The notes beneath the pieces were generated by a model that was not told the origin of the DNA, ran no database searches, and saw only the letters and a program-made list of their open reading frames with translations. This document shows positions 1 through 9,683 of a stretch of 42,622 bases of DNA, one piece after another. The DNA is from a virus (taxonomy: Duplodnaviria; Caudoviricetes), in IMG/VR virus record IMGVR_UViG_3300020042_012373, positions 1 through 42,622 of that record; one strand, given 5' to 3'. Numbering within the stretch: the first letter of the stretch is position 1; every line of letters starts with the position of its first letter. The position numbers and the translations under genes were made by a program.

Positions 1-1
1 A

Positions 2-865
2 GCAAATCCAGAATTAGGAAAATACCTGACCCCTCAAGCAATTGAAGCTTTTGGTCTCAATCCCGCGGATTTTGCCAAGATCTTCGACGGGACTGTGACA
101 GCCGACAATTTCTACGATGAAGGTGAAGCCAAAAGATTTAACGCGATTAACACCATGCTTGGAGTTGGCGGTCCAGGCAGAGTCGCGGGAAATGCTCCAG
201 GGGCAGGGGCGACCTTTGACACTGAAGGCTACCTCAAAGGAGTGATCGGTAAAGGATCGGCGGCGAATGAAACTGCCAACGCGGCAGCAAGGGCTAGGAT
301 TAAAGAGATTAGAGATATTGCAGCGGCGAGAAGGGCTCAGGCTCTTGAAAGAATAAAACAGGCTGACTACGAAGGATTTAAGAAGAATAAACAAAACGCC
401 ATTGTCGGTAAATACTCGAGAGAGGGTGGGGATTTAAATCAATTGATGGGTGTCGATGTAAACCAATTCTTTAAGGGTCTACCCACCGAAGGTCTTACCG
501 ACGAAGACTTTATAGATTTAATGCAATCAAACGACCTGAACACCTCATTCGAGGAGCTCATGGATCCTACCAGAATGAGCTCCGGACGATTTGCGGAAGG
601 CTACAATCCAGCCAATTTTACCTTTGATGATGCTGGTTATGAGGAGGCCTTAAGAAAGCTTATGCCACCTCAAGCCCCTACTCCCGAAGGCGCACCTCCC
701 CCGGAGGACTTGGGTCAATTGCCAATCCTCGATAAGTCAAGATATGTAGGCGGGATATTAAGTGATTTGAGAGATCAGACTGTACAAGCACCAACAAACC
801 TCTACAAAGAAGGTAGAAAGTTTATGGGGCAAACTAAACCGCTTAAAATAGGGGGACGACGATAA
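2..865 (+). CDS. 5'-truncated putative ejection/internal virion protein, variant A of the 611-aa gene at 37535
   Basis: Frame is open from position 2 (ANPELGKY...); nearly identical to the C-terminal half of 37535..39370 apart from the last ~65 aa. Confidence 0.8.
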   Translation, partial: ANPELGKYLTPQAIEAFGLNPADFAKIFDGTVTADNFYDEGEAKRFNAINTMLGVGGPGRVAGNAPGAGATFDTEGYLKGVIGKGSAANETANAAARARIKEIRDIAAARRAQALERIKQADYEGFKKNKQNAIVGKYSREGGDLNQLMGVDVNQFFKGLPTEGLTDEDFIDLMQSNDLNTSFEELMDPTRMSSGRFAEGYNPANFTFDDAGYEEALRKLMPPQAPTPEGAPPPEDLGQLPILDKSRYVGGILSDLRDQTVQAPTNLYKEGRKFMGQTKPLKIGGRR

Positions 866-2190
866 TGTTACCAGCCGTCATAGCTGTAGCTGGGATTGCG
901 GCCGTAGGCGGCTTGGTCAATCTTTATAATGCTGAGAAAGCTCGAGGGGCTGACAGAGCAAGGCTTAAAGAGATTCGGTCTCTTTTCGAAAAGATTAAGC
1001 CACCTGATTATGATGTGTCAATTGACGCTCCCCCGCAATACCATGAACAGGCCCTTAAACAGCCTAAATACTCTGATCCACAGCAAGCGCCACAGTTTGA
1101 CACGTCTAGGCTCAGTCCCGAGGACTTGAAGCTTGTCGGGAAGTATACCCCCCAGCTAGCCCCTTATATTGCCGAGTCAAACCCTGAACTGATCAAGCAA
1201 TCAGGCGAGGCGATGCAAGGTCGTGCTGCACAGAAAAATGCTCTGCAAAAATACATGCAGATGGGGGAGACCGGTGATGATGCGATATCTGCTCAAGAAA
1301 GTGCTATGGCTCAAAGGCGGGCCGGAGCTGATGCTAAGAGCCGTTTGGATGCTCTACAACAATCTTATGCTCGTCGCGGTCAAGGCGGAGCTGGTTTGCA
1401 GATGGCAAGTCAGCTTGCAGCCTCCCAAGGATCCAGTGACATGCAGGCCCAAGCCCAAATGCAAGCCGCGGCTGACGCACAACGTCGTCGACTTGGCGCG
1501 TTGGCGAGCGGAGCGCAGTTAGGCGGCCAAATCTACAATCAAGAGATGGATCTCGCGCAGGATAACGCTGGAATCATCAATAACTTTAACCAACGTATGG
1601 CCAGCGCAAGACAGAATTTTGAGAACCGCCGCGCCGAAGACATGAACGCTGCAAACCGCTACAATCTTGGCGTGGAACAAGATTTGTCCAACCGCAATAT
1701 CAGCGCAAGGAATGACGCGGCTGAGAAGAACCTACGAAGGTCCGACACACTCACCCAGTACGGGGCAGACTTTAGGACTCGCGAGAGAAACCGTATGGAT
1801 GATATCGAACGCGAGCGGTATGGCAATGAGCGGTCCGAGCGAGATTACCGCAATAAGCTCGCTGAATCCAAGGCAAACTGGGCGGCTTCAAACCGTGCGA
1901 ATTCGAACAGGATAAAATCTAACCAATTTAGTGATCAGTTTGACTGGGCAAAAGGCATGTCTGGAGCTCTTAACGAAGGACGGTCTGGGGCACGTCAAGC
2001 AGATGTTGACCGAGCCGCGGCTGTCCAAGGGTTTGCAAACGCTGGAATGTCTGGGGTAGGCGCTTGGGGAGATTATCAGGATTATAATGACGCCCAAGTC
2101 GCTCAGGATGATCGCGCTCAAATGTCCAAAACGGGGAACTGGATGAGCGATGCTGATCGCAAGCAAAGGAGAAAACAATATGGCTATTAA
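865..2190 (+). CDS. Putative ejection/DNA-transfer (internal virion) protein, 441 aa
   Basis: Hydrophobic Gly/Ala N-terminus, long Gln/Ala-rich helical region, second gene after the portal in the circular order; TAATG coupling. Confidence 0.7.
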   Translation: MLPAVIAVAGIAAVGGLVNLYNAEKARGADRARLKEIRSLFEKIKPPDYDVSIDAPPQYHEQALKQPKYSDPQQAPQFDTSRLSPEDLKLVGKYTPQLAPYIAESNPELIKQSGEAMQGRAAQKNALQKYMQMGETGDDAISAQESAMAQRRAGADAKSRLDALQQSYARRGQGGAGLQMASQLAASQGSSDMQAQAQMQAAADAQRRRLGALASGAQLGGQIYNQEMDLAQDNAGIINNFNQRMASARQNFENRRAEDMNAANRYNLGVEQDLSNRNISARNDAAEKNLRRSDTLTQYGADFRTRERNRMDDIERERYGNERSERDYRNKLAESKANWAASNRANSNRIKSNQFSDQFDWAKGMSGALNEGRSGARQADVDRAAAVQGFANAGMSGVGAWGDYQDYNDAQVAQDDRAQMSKTGNWMSDADRKQRRKQYGY

Positions 2191-3130
2191 CGCCGATCCT
2201 TTTGACATGGACGAAAGAGTTAAAAACTACCTCATGAAAAAAGGCGAGCGTGGTTTTGAAGACCCCCAATACATGTATGGCAAAGGGGCTATTGAGACTG
2301 CCGGTCTCCAGGGTATAGCCGGGGGAATGGCGCAGATGGGGACTGTGCATGGGAAAACCCCGAGTGTTCAACCCTACGTCGACTCTTCTAGTAAGGCCCT
2401 GGGCGGGCTTCAGGCTTTAGCGAAAGAGCCTTTGATTGATCCTCAAGTCATGGAATACATCAAGTCTAGGAGCAAGCAGCCACTAACCAGCAAAGCTCCA
2501 GCTACAGGGAAACTTTTACCGCAAAAAAACGCTAAGGGAAATTACCTGAAACAAGAGTCAACAGGTGAAGTCGTGGATAGCGGGATTCAGGGCTATGAGG
2601 CTCCAAGGCCTGAGAAGGATCCAAAGTCCGAAGGGTATAATCTCCCTATCGATAAAAAGAAAACCGTTGAAAAACTAGCATCTGATATTGCAGCTTATAA
2701 ATCATCAAGGGGTTTGTTAGAAGGCGGTATTCAGCAATATAATGCTGCATTATCGGCTTATAAAAAATCTGGTAGGAAAGAAGATTCTGATGCGGTTGTT
2801 AGAAACGGACAGGCATTGTTGAAAGTTTTAAACTCGCCTTTAGGATCCGATGCCGTTGGCGCTGAAGAGGTCGCTAGGATCGGTAACGCTCTTAAGTATC
2901 AATTTGCTAACATTACCAATCCAGGGGCATTTTGGGGTTTTGACTTTAACGGTTTCCAAAGACAATTAAACAGCGCGAGAGACAAAGTTAAATACGCTGA
3001 GGATTCACTTCAAAAACAAATAGACACGACCATGGGAAGAGCTCCTCAAAAACAACAATTAAGCCCAGAAGAACAAGCTGAATTAGAAGAATTAAAGAAA
3101 CTTGAGGAAGCGGAAAAGGGCAACAAATGA
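2180..3130 (+). CDS. Putative ejection/internal virion protein
   Basis: ORF track 2150..3130; likely start ATG 2180 (MAINADP) after AAGGAG; helical protein in the ejection cluster. Confidence 0.6.
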   Translation: MAINADPFDMDERVKNYLMKKGERGFEDPQYMYGKGAIETAGLQGIAGGMAQMGTVHGKTPSVQPYVDSSSKALGGLQALAKEPLIDPQVMEYIKSRSKQPLTSKAPATGKLLPQKNAKGNYLKQESTGEVVDSGIQGYEAPRPEKDPKSEGYNLPIDKKKTVEKLASDIAAYKSSRGLLEGGIQQYNAALSAYKKSGRKEDSDAVVRNGQALLKVLNSPLGSDAVGAEEVARIGNALKYQFANITNPGAFWGFDFNGFQRQLNSARDKVKYAEDSLQKQIDTTMGRAPQKQQLSPEEQAELEELKKLEEAEKGNK

Positions 3131-5193
3131 GCGACGATTTTGAAGAACTGCAAAGACTTCGCGCTAAATACAAGCCTCCCCAAGACGAGGATGATTACGC
3201 AAAACTTGCGCGCCTTCGCGAAAAGTATAAAAAGCCCGAATCAAATGATGATATAGGGGAGTATAGCGCAAGGGCTTATAGCACTCTTTTAAGCCCAGTC
3301 GCAGGGGTGATTGATACCGTAGATTCCTATATCGGAGCCCCACTTCGCGCCGCGGGGAAAGCTTTCCAAGAAGATCAAAGCCTGCATGATGTTGCTATGG
3401 CGGCGGTAAACCAGTTTGGGGAAGACACGTCGAAAGCCCCAACCACTGGAGAGTTGTTCGCAAAGGCCGGTGTTCCAAGTGAAAATAACATCAATTTCCC
3501 TACGGTTAAAAACCCCTTCTCCCCTACCGCAAGATTTGAGAATAAACCTACCAGTGTGGCCAATTTAGCTGGGGGTGTCACCGGGGCAATCTTAGACCCA
3601 CTTAATTATGTTCCAGGGGCAAAAATAGCAAGCTACCTCAAGGGTAAAGCTGGTAAAGTTGGCCGAAAAACCGCGCAAACGTTAGCACATACATACACCT
3701 CAGTGAGACCCGAGGACTTTAACTATTACCTAGACAATCACGCTCGATTAAAAGGCATGAAGTCTGAAGGAACCGAGGGAATTCGTCACGATATTTTGGG
3801 TGACGTTAAAGCCGTTGACGACGAGTTAGTCAATACTGACAAAGCTATCGTGGATGAAAAGTTAAAATTAAAAAATCAAGCTGAAGAATACAAAACGTCC
3901 TTAGATCCAAAGAATTTGATTGAACCGAATGACGTTGACTCTTTCCATGCTGCACTAGAAAACGATAAGTTTATCCAAGGTAAATTAAGCAGTGCAGCGG
4001 ATGCTGAATTGGGGAAAGTGCCCATTACTGCACCTAAAGAAACTTTACTAGATATTATTGACAGTGAAATGCAAAATTTTCCAGGTAGGTCTCCAGCCGA
4101 GCAATCGGAGCGAAACACCCTCCAATTTATAAGAGATGCTTTAAAAGATAAATATACTGACTATTTAGACGGTGCGCAATTAAGAGACTGGATGCGAGTG
4201 ATCCGTGAACAAACGGACTATAGCAGGAACAAGGGTGAATACACCGGAAGATTAGATCGAAGCTTACAAGCGATAACCGGAAAGGTTAGCAATAGTCTTA
4301 AAAATACTGTCCCAGAATATAAAAACATTATGGATGAAATGTCTGGAAGAATTAAGGCTACTGAACAGATTCAACCTGAATTTACCGGACAAGACCAAAC
4401 TAAGGGGCTTCGCACTTTAAGGCAAACGCAAAGCAAAGATCCTGGACAGCGCGAAATTATTATGAAAAAGCTGCAGGATTATGCTGCAAATAACAAATAC
4501 CCGGAACTAGGAGAATATGTCAAAAAGCTAGATCATGCTCGTAAAATGCGCGAAGAACTGGAATTACAAGGATTCGATGCCCCCTTTGATAGAACTAAGC
4601 AGAATATTTCTGACTTAGAGCTACAGAAATCAGCTAGTGCTGAGAAGGCCGATAGCATAAGAGCGTTCACCCCCACGGGGACAGAAAATATCATTAACAA
4701 CCTAGGCATGTTTCACGGCGGTAAAGACTTTTCCGAAGAACAATTGAAAAACCTAGAAAAATTGTATCCAGACAGAAACTACCGTCAAAGAATTAGGGAT
4801 GAAGGTGTTCTTGGGTCATTCAACAAAGAAAGAACTACAGGAGCAAGAGCAGCTTTGACTTTGGGCGGTTTGGGAACTGCAATTGGAGCAGCAACAACCG
4901 GCGATCCTCAGGTAGCGGCTATGATTGGCGGCCTTGGCGGGACAGTCGGGGCTGGAATCGATAAATTTGGTGGGAAGGTCGCTCGCGCTGGAATTGACGC
5001 GGGTATGGGAATCGGTGAAACTTATAAAGCGATTGCTAACAAGCTGAAAAATCCATCTCCACGCATGGCCCCCTTCGTCAAAACTCTCCAGCAAGGAATG
5101 AGGCAGGGGCCCAAAGGACTCATATTATCCCATCACCTTTTGTGGAATAATGATCCCGAATATCGACAAGCATTTAGCGAGGACCAACAATAA
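3127..5193 (+). CDS. Large putative ejection/internal virion protein, 688 aa
   Basis: ATGA overlap; helical, with Gly/Ala-rich hydrophobic hairpin near the C-terminus and terminal HHLLWNNDPEYR; last gene of the cluster. Confidence 0.62.
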   Translation: MSDDFEELQRLRAKYKPPQDEDDYAKLARLREKYKKPESNDDIGEYSARAYSTLLSPVAGVIDTVDSYIGAPLRAAGKAFQEDQSLHDVAMAAVNQFGEDTSKAPTTGELFAKAGVPSENNINFPTVKNPFSPTARFENKPTSVANLAGGVTGAILDPLNYVPGAKIASYLKGKAGKVGRKTAQTLAHTYTSVRPEDFNYYLDNHARLKGMKSEGTEGIRHDILGDVKAVDDELVNTDKAIVDEKLKLKNQAEEYKTSLDPKNLIEPNDVDSFHAALENDKFIQGKLSSAADAELGKVPITAPKETLLDIIDSEMQNFPGRSPAEQSERNTLQFIRDALKDKYTDYLDGAQLRDWMRVIREQTDYSRNKGEYTGRLDRSLQAITGKVSNSLKNTVPEYKNIMDEMSGRIKATEQIQPEFTGQDQTKGLRTLRQTQSKDPGQREIIMKKLQDYAANNKYPELGEYVKKLDHARKMREELELQGFDAPFDRTKQNISDLELQKSASAEKADSIRAFTPTGTENIINNLGMFHGGKDFSEEQLKNLEKLYPDRNYRQRIRDEGVLGSFNKERTTGARAALTLGGLGTAIGAATTGDPQVAAMIGGLGGTVGAGIDKFGGKVARAGIDAGMGIGETYKAIANKLKNPSPRMAPFVKTLQQGMRQGPKGLILSHHLLWNNDPEYRQAFSEDQQ

Positions 5194-5528
5194 TGGCAAA
5201 GAGTTTTACACTGCTTGAGACACAAAGCGCAGCATCGAACCTCAACTCGGGTGTGCTAGACCTCGTAGACCTCACCACTGGAAGCTTTTATATCGCTTTC
5301 ACGGGGGCTAACGTGGTCGGAGTATTAAACCTCCAGGGGTCGGTCGATGGGACTTCCTTCTTTAACTACCCCTCGGCAACGCAAAACGTGACAGCCAGCA
5401 CGGGACATATTTACGACCTGAACCCCACTGGGGTCAGGTATTTCCGTATAGCTTGGACCTACACCTCGGGCACTGGAAATATCACGGTGCTATGTTTCAC
5501 CAAAAATAACGTGGTGAGTGGAGCATGA
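5193..5528 (+). CDS. Small beta-sandwich virion protein (putative)
   Basis: LQGSVDG..F and RYFRIAW motifs typical of small jelly-roll phage proteins; TAATG coupling. Confidence 0.55.
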   Translation: MAKSFTLLETQSAASNLNSGVLDLVDLTTGSFYIAFTGANVVGVLNLQGSVDGTSFFNYPSATQNVTASTGHIYDLNPTGVRYFRIAWTYTSGTGNITVLCFTKNNVVSGA

Positions 5529-6007
5529 CCTACATTGTAGTTCCTCCCTCGGGAGGCGCGGGGGTTATCACCCCTGACAGTATCACCCCGATCACGGACG
5601 GTAGCTTCCCGAGCGTGGGTCAGCTATTCGAAGTGGTCTACTCCGACAACCCAGCCCTCAGCAATACCGACGTAGGGGCCACTGGAACATGGGGCTTTGC
5701 GGCCACAATCAATCTCGATGCTGGAAGGTGGGAACTACAAGGTGTCGCTCAGCTAGCCGAAGCGGGGGCTGTTTTGACCGATTCTATAGCGGCTTCCATT
5801 TCTGACTCGCAAACCGGTGCCACGATCCAGCCCTTTGAATTCCAGCAATCAAGCCCGTTCTTCGTCGGCCAATCTATATATTTATTGACGCCAATCGTTA
5901 GAATTAGTATTACAGCCAATACTAACTATTATCTAAATACTCGTTTTAACTATAGTTCAGGAGCGCCTGAACATGCAGGTGCCATATGGGCGAAGAGATA
6001 CAGTTAA
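5525..6007 (+). CDS. Putative virion fibre/spike-tip protein
   Basis: Beta-rich, with INLDAGRWEL and NTNYYLN motifs resembling tail-fibre head domains; ATGA overlap. Confidence 0.5.
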   Translation: MTYIVVPPSGGAGVITPDSITPITDGSFPSVGQLFEVVYSDNPALSNTDVGATGTWGFAATINLDAGRWELQGVAQLAEAGAVLTDSIAASISDSQTGATIQPFEFQQSSPFFVGQSIYLLTPIVRISITANTNYYLNTRFNYSSGAPEHAGAIWAKRYS

Positions 6008-6366
6008 CCTACCAAGCAGTGGGACGGGGCCTCGTCGCCGCTCCCACAGTAAATTTCCCATCTGAAATCACTTTTCCAGTGCAAGAAAAAACTGCGCAGG
6101 ATATACATTTTTCCCCGACTTTTTCTCCTATTTTCCAGCCCCATATCCCCGCCCTCAACCCTGAGATTAAAATCGTGGTTGAGCCTACCCCACTTGAGAT
6201 CAGTGTCCCCGAACAACCCGTCCAAGTCACCGTCGAGGCCCCCGTGGTCAATATCACCCATTCTTTTCCAGGGGGGGTGACTGCCGTGACTTTAATTTTG
6301 TTTGCGAATACCGCATTCTTTGCTATTCTGCTTTTCGCAATCAATTATTTTTTCTATGGAAATTAA
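5986..6366 (+). CDS. Pro/Val-rich protein with C-terminal transmembrane helix
   Basis: PVQVTVEAPVVNI-type segments, then AVTLILFANTAFFAILLFAINYFF; start uncertain. Confidence 0.55.
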   Translation: MGEEIQLTYQAVGRGLVAAPTVNFPSEITFPVQEKTAQDIHFSPTFSPIFQPHIPALNPEIKIVVEPTPLEISVPEQPVQVTVEAPVVNITHSFPGGVTAVTLILFANTAFFAILLFAINYFFYGN

Positions 6367-6743
6367 TGGCTTTCGTCACAGATAACTTTCAGTTAGTCGA
6401 ACTGGCTAACAGTGCAAGCATGGCTTCGGACTTTCGCACAGAGAGTCAGGACATGCGCACGTTTGATATCATGTGCGTCCAAGCCATATGGACCGGGGCT
6501 AACAGTCTCGTCTTGAGTCCCGCCAAAGTGTGGATCGAAGGATCCTTAGACGGGCAAAATTGGTGCAACGTGTTCCCTGATGCTGTGGTCAAAAAAGCGG
6601 CGACCCTCAATGGGTGCTTTATGTATACTTTTGACGCCGTGGGCTGGATCTACCAAAGAATTTATTTCCAGCACAATGGATGTTCGACTGGCACTATTTC
6701 TATTTTGAGTTTTGCCAAAAGACGAAGGGCTAACAACCCATGA
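6366..6743 (+). CDS. Small beta-sandwich virion protein, likely paralogue of 5193..5528
   Basis: IEGSLDGQNW and YQRIYF..TGTISI align with LQGSVDGTSF and YFRIAW..TGNITV. Confidence 0.55.
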   Translation: MAFVTDNFQLVELANSASMASDFRTESQDMRTFDIMCVQAIWTGANSLVLSPAKVWIEGSLDGQNWCNVFPDAVVKKAATLNGCFMYTFDAVGWIYQRIYFQHNGCSTGTISILSFAKRRRANNP

Positions 6744-7081
6744 CCGAAGCCGATTGCCTTATCCAAGGGAACTACATCACTGGAACCTTGAAGGTTTCGG
6801 GACTTACCATAGGCGGTCGGGTTTCGGTAGTCACAATCGACGATACGACATGGACCCCCCTCCCCTTGGTCCCCCTAGACCAACGCAACGCTTTAGGTAT
6901 TCAAAACACTGCCGGGTTTGAGATTAAACTTCAATATGATGCGACCACAGTCGGTTATATTGGTGTAAAGATGGGCATTGAGGGTGAAAGATACTATGAT
7001 ATAACTGATGCTATTCCAATTTATGCAAAGGCGGCTCCAGGGTCGGGGTCTGTCCAAGTCGTTATCGAAGAAATAGCTTAA
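6740..7081 (+). CDS. Small beta-rich virion protein (putative)
   Basis: TWTPLPLVPLDQRNALGIQN resembles TAVQLPATSLANRKSLMVQ in the next gene. Confidence 0.55.
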   Translation: MTEADCLIQGNYITGTLKVSGLTIGGRVSVVTIDDTTWTPLPLVPLDQRNALGIQNTAGFEIKLQYDATTVGYIGVKMGIEGERYYDITDAIPIYAKAAPGSGSVQVVIEEIA

Positions 7082-7096
7082 ACTAGGGGGTTATTC

Positions 7097-7846
7097 ATGG
7101 GTATCGTAGCAGGCGGTAAGACTCAAATTGCAGCAAACACTGGCTCGATCGCTAACGGCGACAACATTGCCAGTTACTTGGTCGACTCGGCTGGAACACT
7201 CCTCACTTCCCAAGCTGGGAAGCTGGATGTTTACCCCGTTACAACCTTCGCTGAAGATACAGCACATACAACGGCTGACCTTGGTGCATTCATGTTGGCT
7301 GTCAGAAATGACGCCGGAACATCTTTGGTCAGCGCTGACGGTGACTATAGCGGTCTCTCGGTCGACGCGACCGGTAAACTGTGGACCGCCGCTTCCTTGC
7401 CTACGACCCAAGATTTCACCCTAGCTGAAGATGCTGCAGCGGCTAGCGGCCAAATCCTAGCCATGATTGGTGCGGTAAGATCGGACGAAGCTGGAACTGC
7501 AGTCAGTGCTGACGGAGATGCCGCTTGGTTCCAACAAAACGCCGTTGGCGAACTTCGGGTTATCAACAAGTCTGAGACTGCTATTCTGCAGCAAATCATA
7601 ACCGTTGGCACGACTGCAGTGCAGTTACCTGCAACATCTTTGGCTAACCGCAAATCTCTTATGGTGCAAATGCTTTCCGGTGGACAACTCTATGTCGGTA
7701 GCGCCACAGTGACTAACACTGGAGCGACCCGTGGAATTAAGCTAGGAAACGGTGGGTTTGTAAACTTTGACGTAGGCCCCTCTGTGGCAGTATACGGTAT
7801 CGCTGATGCTGCCGGTAAGGATGTGGCCGTTTTAGAAATGAGTTAA
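7097..7846 (+). CDS. Putative fibre/decoration protein with internal AED..AVR.D repeats
   Basis: Two ~58-aa repeats starting at 7250 and 7424, plus a C-terminal beta domain; GGGGG RBS. Confidence 0.6.
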   Translation: MGIVAGGKTQIAANTGSIANGDNIASYLVDSAGTLLTSQAGKLDVYPVTTFAEDTAHTTADLGAFMLAVRNDAGTSLVSADGDYSGLSVDATGKLWTAASLPTTQDFTLAEDAAAASGQILAMIGAVRSDEAGTAVSADGDAAWFQQNAVGELRVINKSETAILQQIITVGTTAVQLPATSLANRKSLMVQMLSGGQLYVGSATVTNTGATRGIKLGNGGFVNFDVGPSVAVYGIADAAGKDVAVLEMS

Positions 7847-7847
7847 T

Positions 7848-8090
7848 GTGAAAGAATTTCCCAAAGTAACTAAAGAAGATTGTCTCGCTCTTGCGAATTT
7901 CGTGAACGCGCTTCGGGTAGCCAAACTGCCCGAGGCCGGTCTCGTTCAAATCATGGCATTTGCTGATGGTGTGCGGTGGCTTCAAGAGCTCGCACAAAGC
8001 ATGGCTCAAGTCTACGCCAAGAGCCAAGAGCCTCCAAAAGAAGAGGGATTCACGGTAAAAGCAATACACCCTGGAGGCGGCGAGCCTTGA
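7848..8090 (+). CDS. Hypothetical protein (helical, possible assembly chaperone)
   Basis: 80-aa ORF tightly packed between virion genes; GTG start. Confidence 0.5.
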   Translation: MKEFPKVTKEDCLALANFVNALRVAKLPEAGLVQIMAFADGVRWLQELAQSMAQVYAKSQEPPKEEGFTVKAIHPGGGEP

Positions 8091-8590
8091 GTAACTCCGG
8101 CGGTGATTTAGACAACTCGTTTCAAATTCTTGGCGGGACCGATCAGACAATCATCGGTAACACCGCGGACCGACTTAAGGTATCAGCTCTTTCGGCTGGC
8201 GGCCCCATTACAACCTCTAAAAAATTTAGAGTGGACTTTAATAACGGAAATACCGCGGTAACTGGAGCTGCCTACACTACATTTTATAGTTATTCAGGTT
8301 CGGGCCTTTTTTGGGGTTTTAGAGTAAACACTGATCAAGACGGCGGGCAAATACAGCTTACAATCGACGGTGATATTATTTTTACCAATATAACCTCAAA
8401 AAATATAAGTGACTCCGGCGGCGCGAACGTTAACTTTGAGTATCTGTCTCGCGCTGGGGCAGGGACTTTTTACTTTTTCCCCAAATACCCCATCGATTAC
8501 ACGACCAGTGTCGTACTTGCTGCCAAACGGGATAACAACGGAAACTTGTCCGTTCAGCAGAGAATCATCTACATTACAAAGGAGACTTAA
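8087..8590 (+). CDS. Putative virion protein
   Basis: ORF track 7976..8590; likely TTG start 8087 (TTGA overlap, GGAGG upstream); GGTDQTIIGNTADRLKV linker and a beta domain. Confidence 0.55.
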   Translation: MSNSGGDLDNSFQILGGTDQTIIGNTADRLKVSALSAGGPITTSKKFRVDFNNGNTAVTGAAYTTFYSYSGSGLFWGFRVNTDQDGGQIQLTIDGDIIFTNITSKNISDSGGANVNFEYLSRAGAGTFYFFPKYPIDYTTSVVLAAKRDNNGNLSVQQRIIYITKET

Positions 8591-9192
8591 TGTCGGTGAT
8601 GCTAACTACATGGAGCGCGCTTAAAACGCTATCCTCTACCAAAAATATTGGAATGCAATATGTCGAGGAGGATAGGGTTTATAGAATTTTTATTCCTGAT
8701 ACAAGCCTGATTTTTAGCGCAGAAATAATTTTAGGAACCGATGACGCGACAGATTTTGAAACAAACTACAAAGCCAAATCTAACGCTCCATCTTCATCAC
8801 TGCCAAGCCCCTTTGCAAGTAAGGTTTATGGGAGTAAAAAGCTTTTTGCGCGAAATACTGGGAAACAATTTACGGTAACAACTGGGGCAAACGACCTACT
8901 TTATACAGCGACATTCCCATGGGTGAAGTTTTCAGGACTAGAGTGTATTGGTGGAGAGGCTTTGGATTATGGGGAATTAAGAGTCTACGACAATGCTTCA
9001 GGAACCTACTCCGGTGTCGCCAATGCCTTGCTTAATCAATTTGGGTATACCCTTAATATAGGCCCAGGATTTTACAAAAGGGAAAGTCCATTTGATGCTG
9101 ATTTATATGCCGGTATGGTTTTAAAAATAACCTACACTTCGATAAGCGATAAGACGATTGGCATAAACTACATCATGAATGAAGTGAAATAA
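8590..9192 (+). CDS. Hypothetical virion-associated protein
   Basis: 200-aa ORF coupled by TAATG at both ends; DFETNYK motif. Confidence 0.55.
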   Translation: MSVMLTTWSALKTLSSTKNIGMQYVEEDRVYRIFIPDTSLIFSAEIILGTDDATDFETNYKAKSNAPSSSLPSPFASKVYGSKKLFARNTGKQFTVTTGANDLLYTATFPWVKFSGLECIGGEALDYGELRVYDNASGTYSGVANALLNQFGYTLNIGPGFYKRESPFDADLYAGMVLKITYTSISDKTIGINYIMNEVK

Positions 9193-9683
9193 TGGATGTG
9201 ATTTTCTGCAAAGGTCGCACCATAGCCAGCGATATCATCGCCAAAGTGGATGATACCGATGTATCTCACGTGGCGCTATGTAGCTCGTTTCGTGCTAACC
9301 AGAACATCGTCTTCCATAGTGTTTCTAGTGGTGTGAAAATCTCGTCGCGTAGTGCCTTTAAACGGAAATACGATATCAAAAGGATCTACCAGCTTGCTTC
9401 CACGCAGACCAATGAGGACGATATCATTTGGTCACTTTTGACAATGTATGAGGACAGGAAGTATGATTATCTAGCACTCGTTTATTTAGGCATTTTCCTG
9501 ACCTTGAGAAAAGTAGGTCTTGAGTTACCTGCTAAAAATATTTGGAATAATAGAAACCATTTCATATGCACCGAATTTGTAACTTTAGGCATATTGGGCC
9601 ATGCTGACAGCATGATGTCTCTTCGAACCCTAGAAAAACATATTGTGGAGAAAATGGCATATGAAAAGGTATACCTCTTCTAA
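9192..9683 (+). CDS. Permuted papain-like amidase (YiiX/YebB-like, NlpC/P60 superfamily)
   Basis: SHVA near the N-terminus, central KYDY, C-terminal ICTEFV: His-before-Cys permuted order. Confidence 0.75.
   Translation: MDVIFCKGRTIASDIIAKVDDTDVSHVALCSSFRANQNIVFHSVSSGVKISSRSAFKRKYDIKRIYQLASTQTNEDDIIWSLLTMYEDRKYDYLALVYLGIFLTLRKVGLELPAKNIWNNRNHFICTEFVTLGILGHADSMMSLRTLEKHIVEKMAYEKVYLF

Larger units (their letters stand above)
1..2657 (+). repeat. Diverged direct repeat, copy 1 (matches 38476-41173)
   Basis: Colinear with 38476-41173 with scattered substitutions; 2489-2657 is identical to 41005-41173. Confidence 0.95.

Noticed and set aside
1-2657. Genuine direct terminal repeat of the virion DNA
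   Set aside because: The copies differ by many substitutions and a replaced segment; real terminal repeats are copied from one template.
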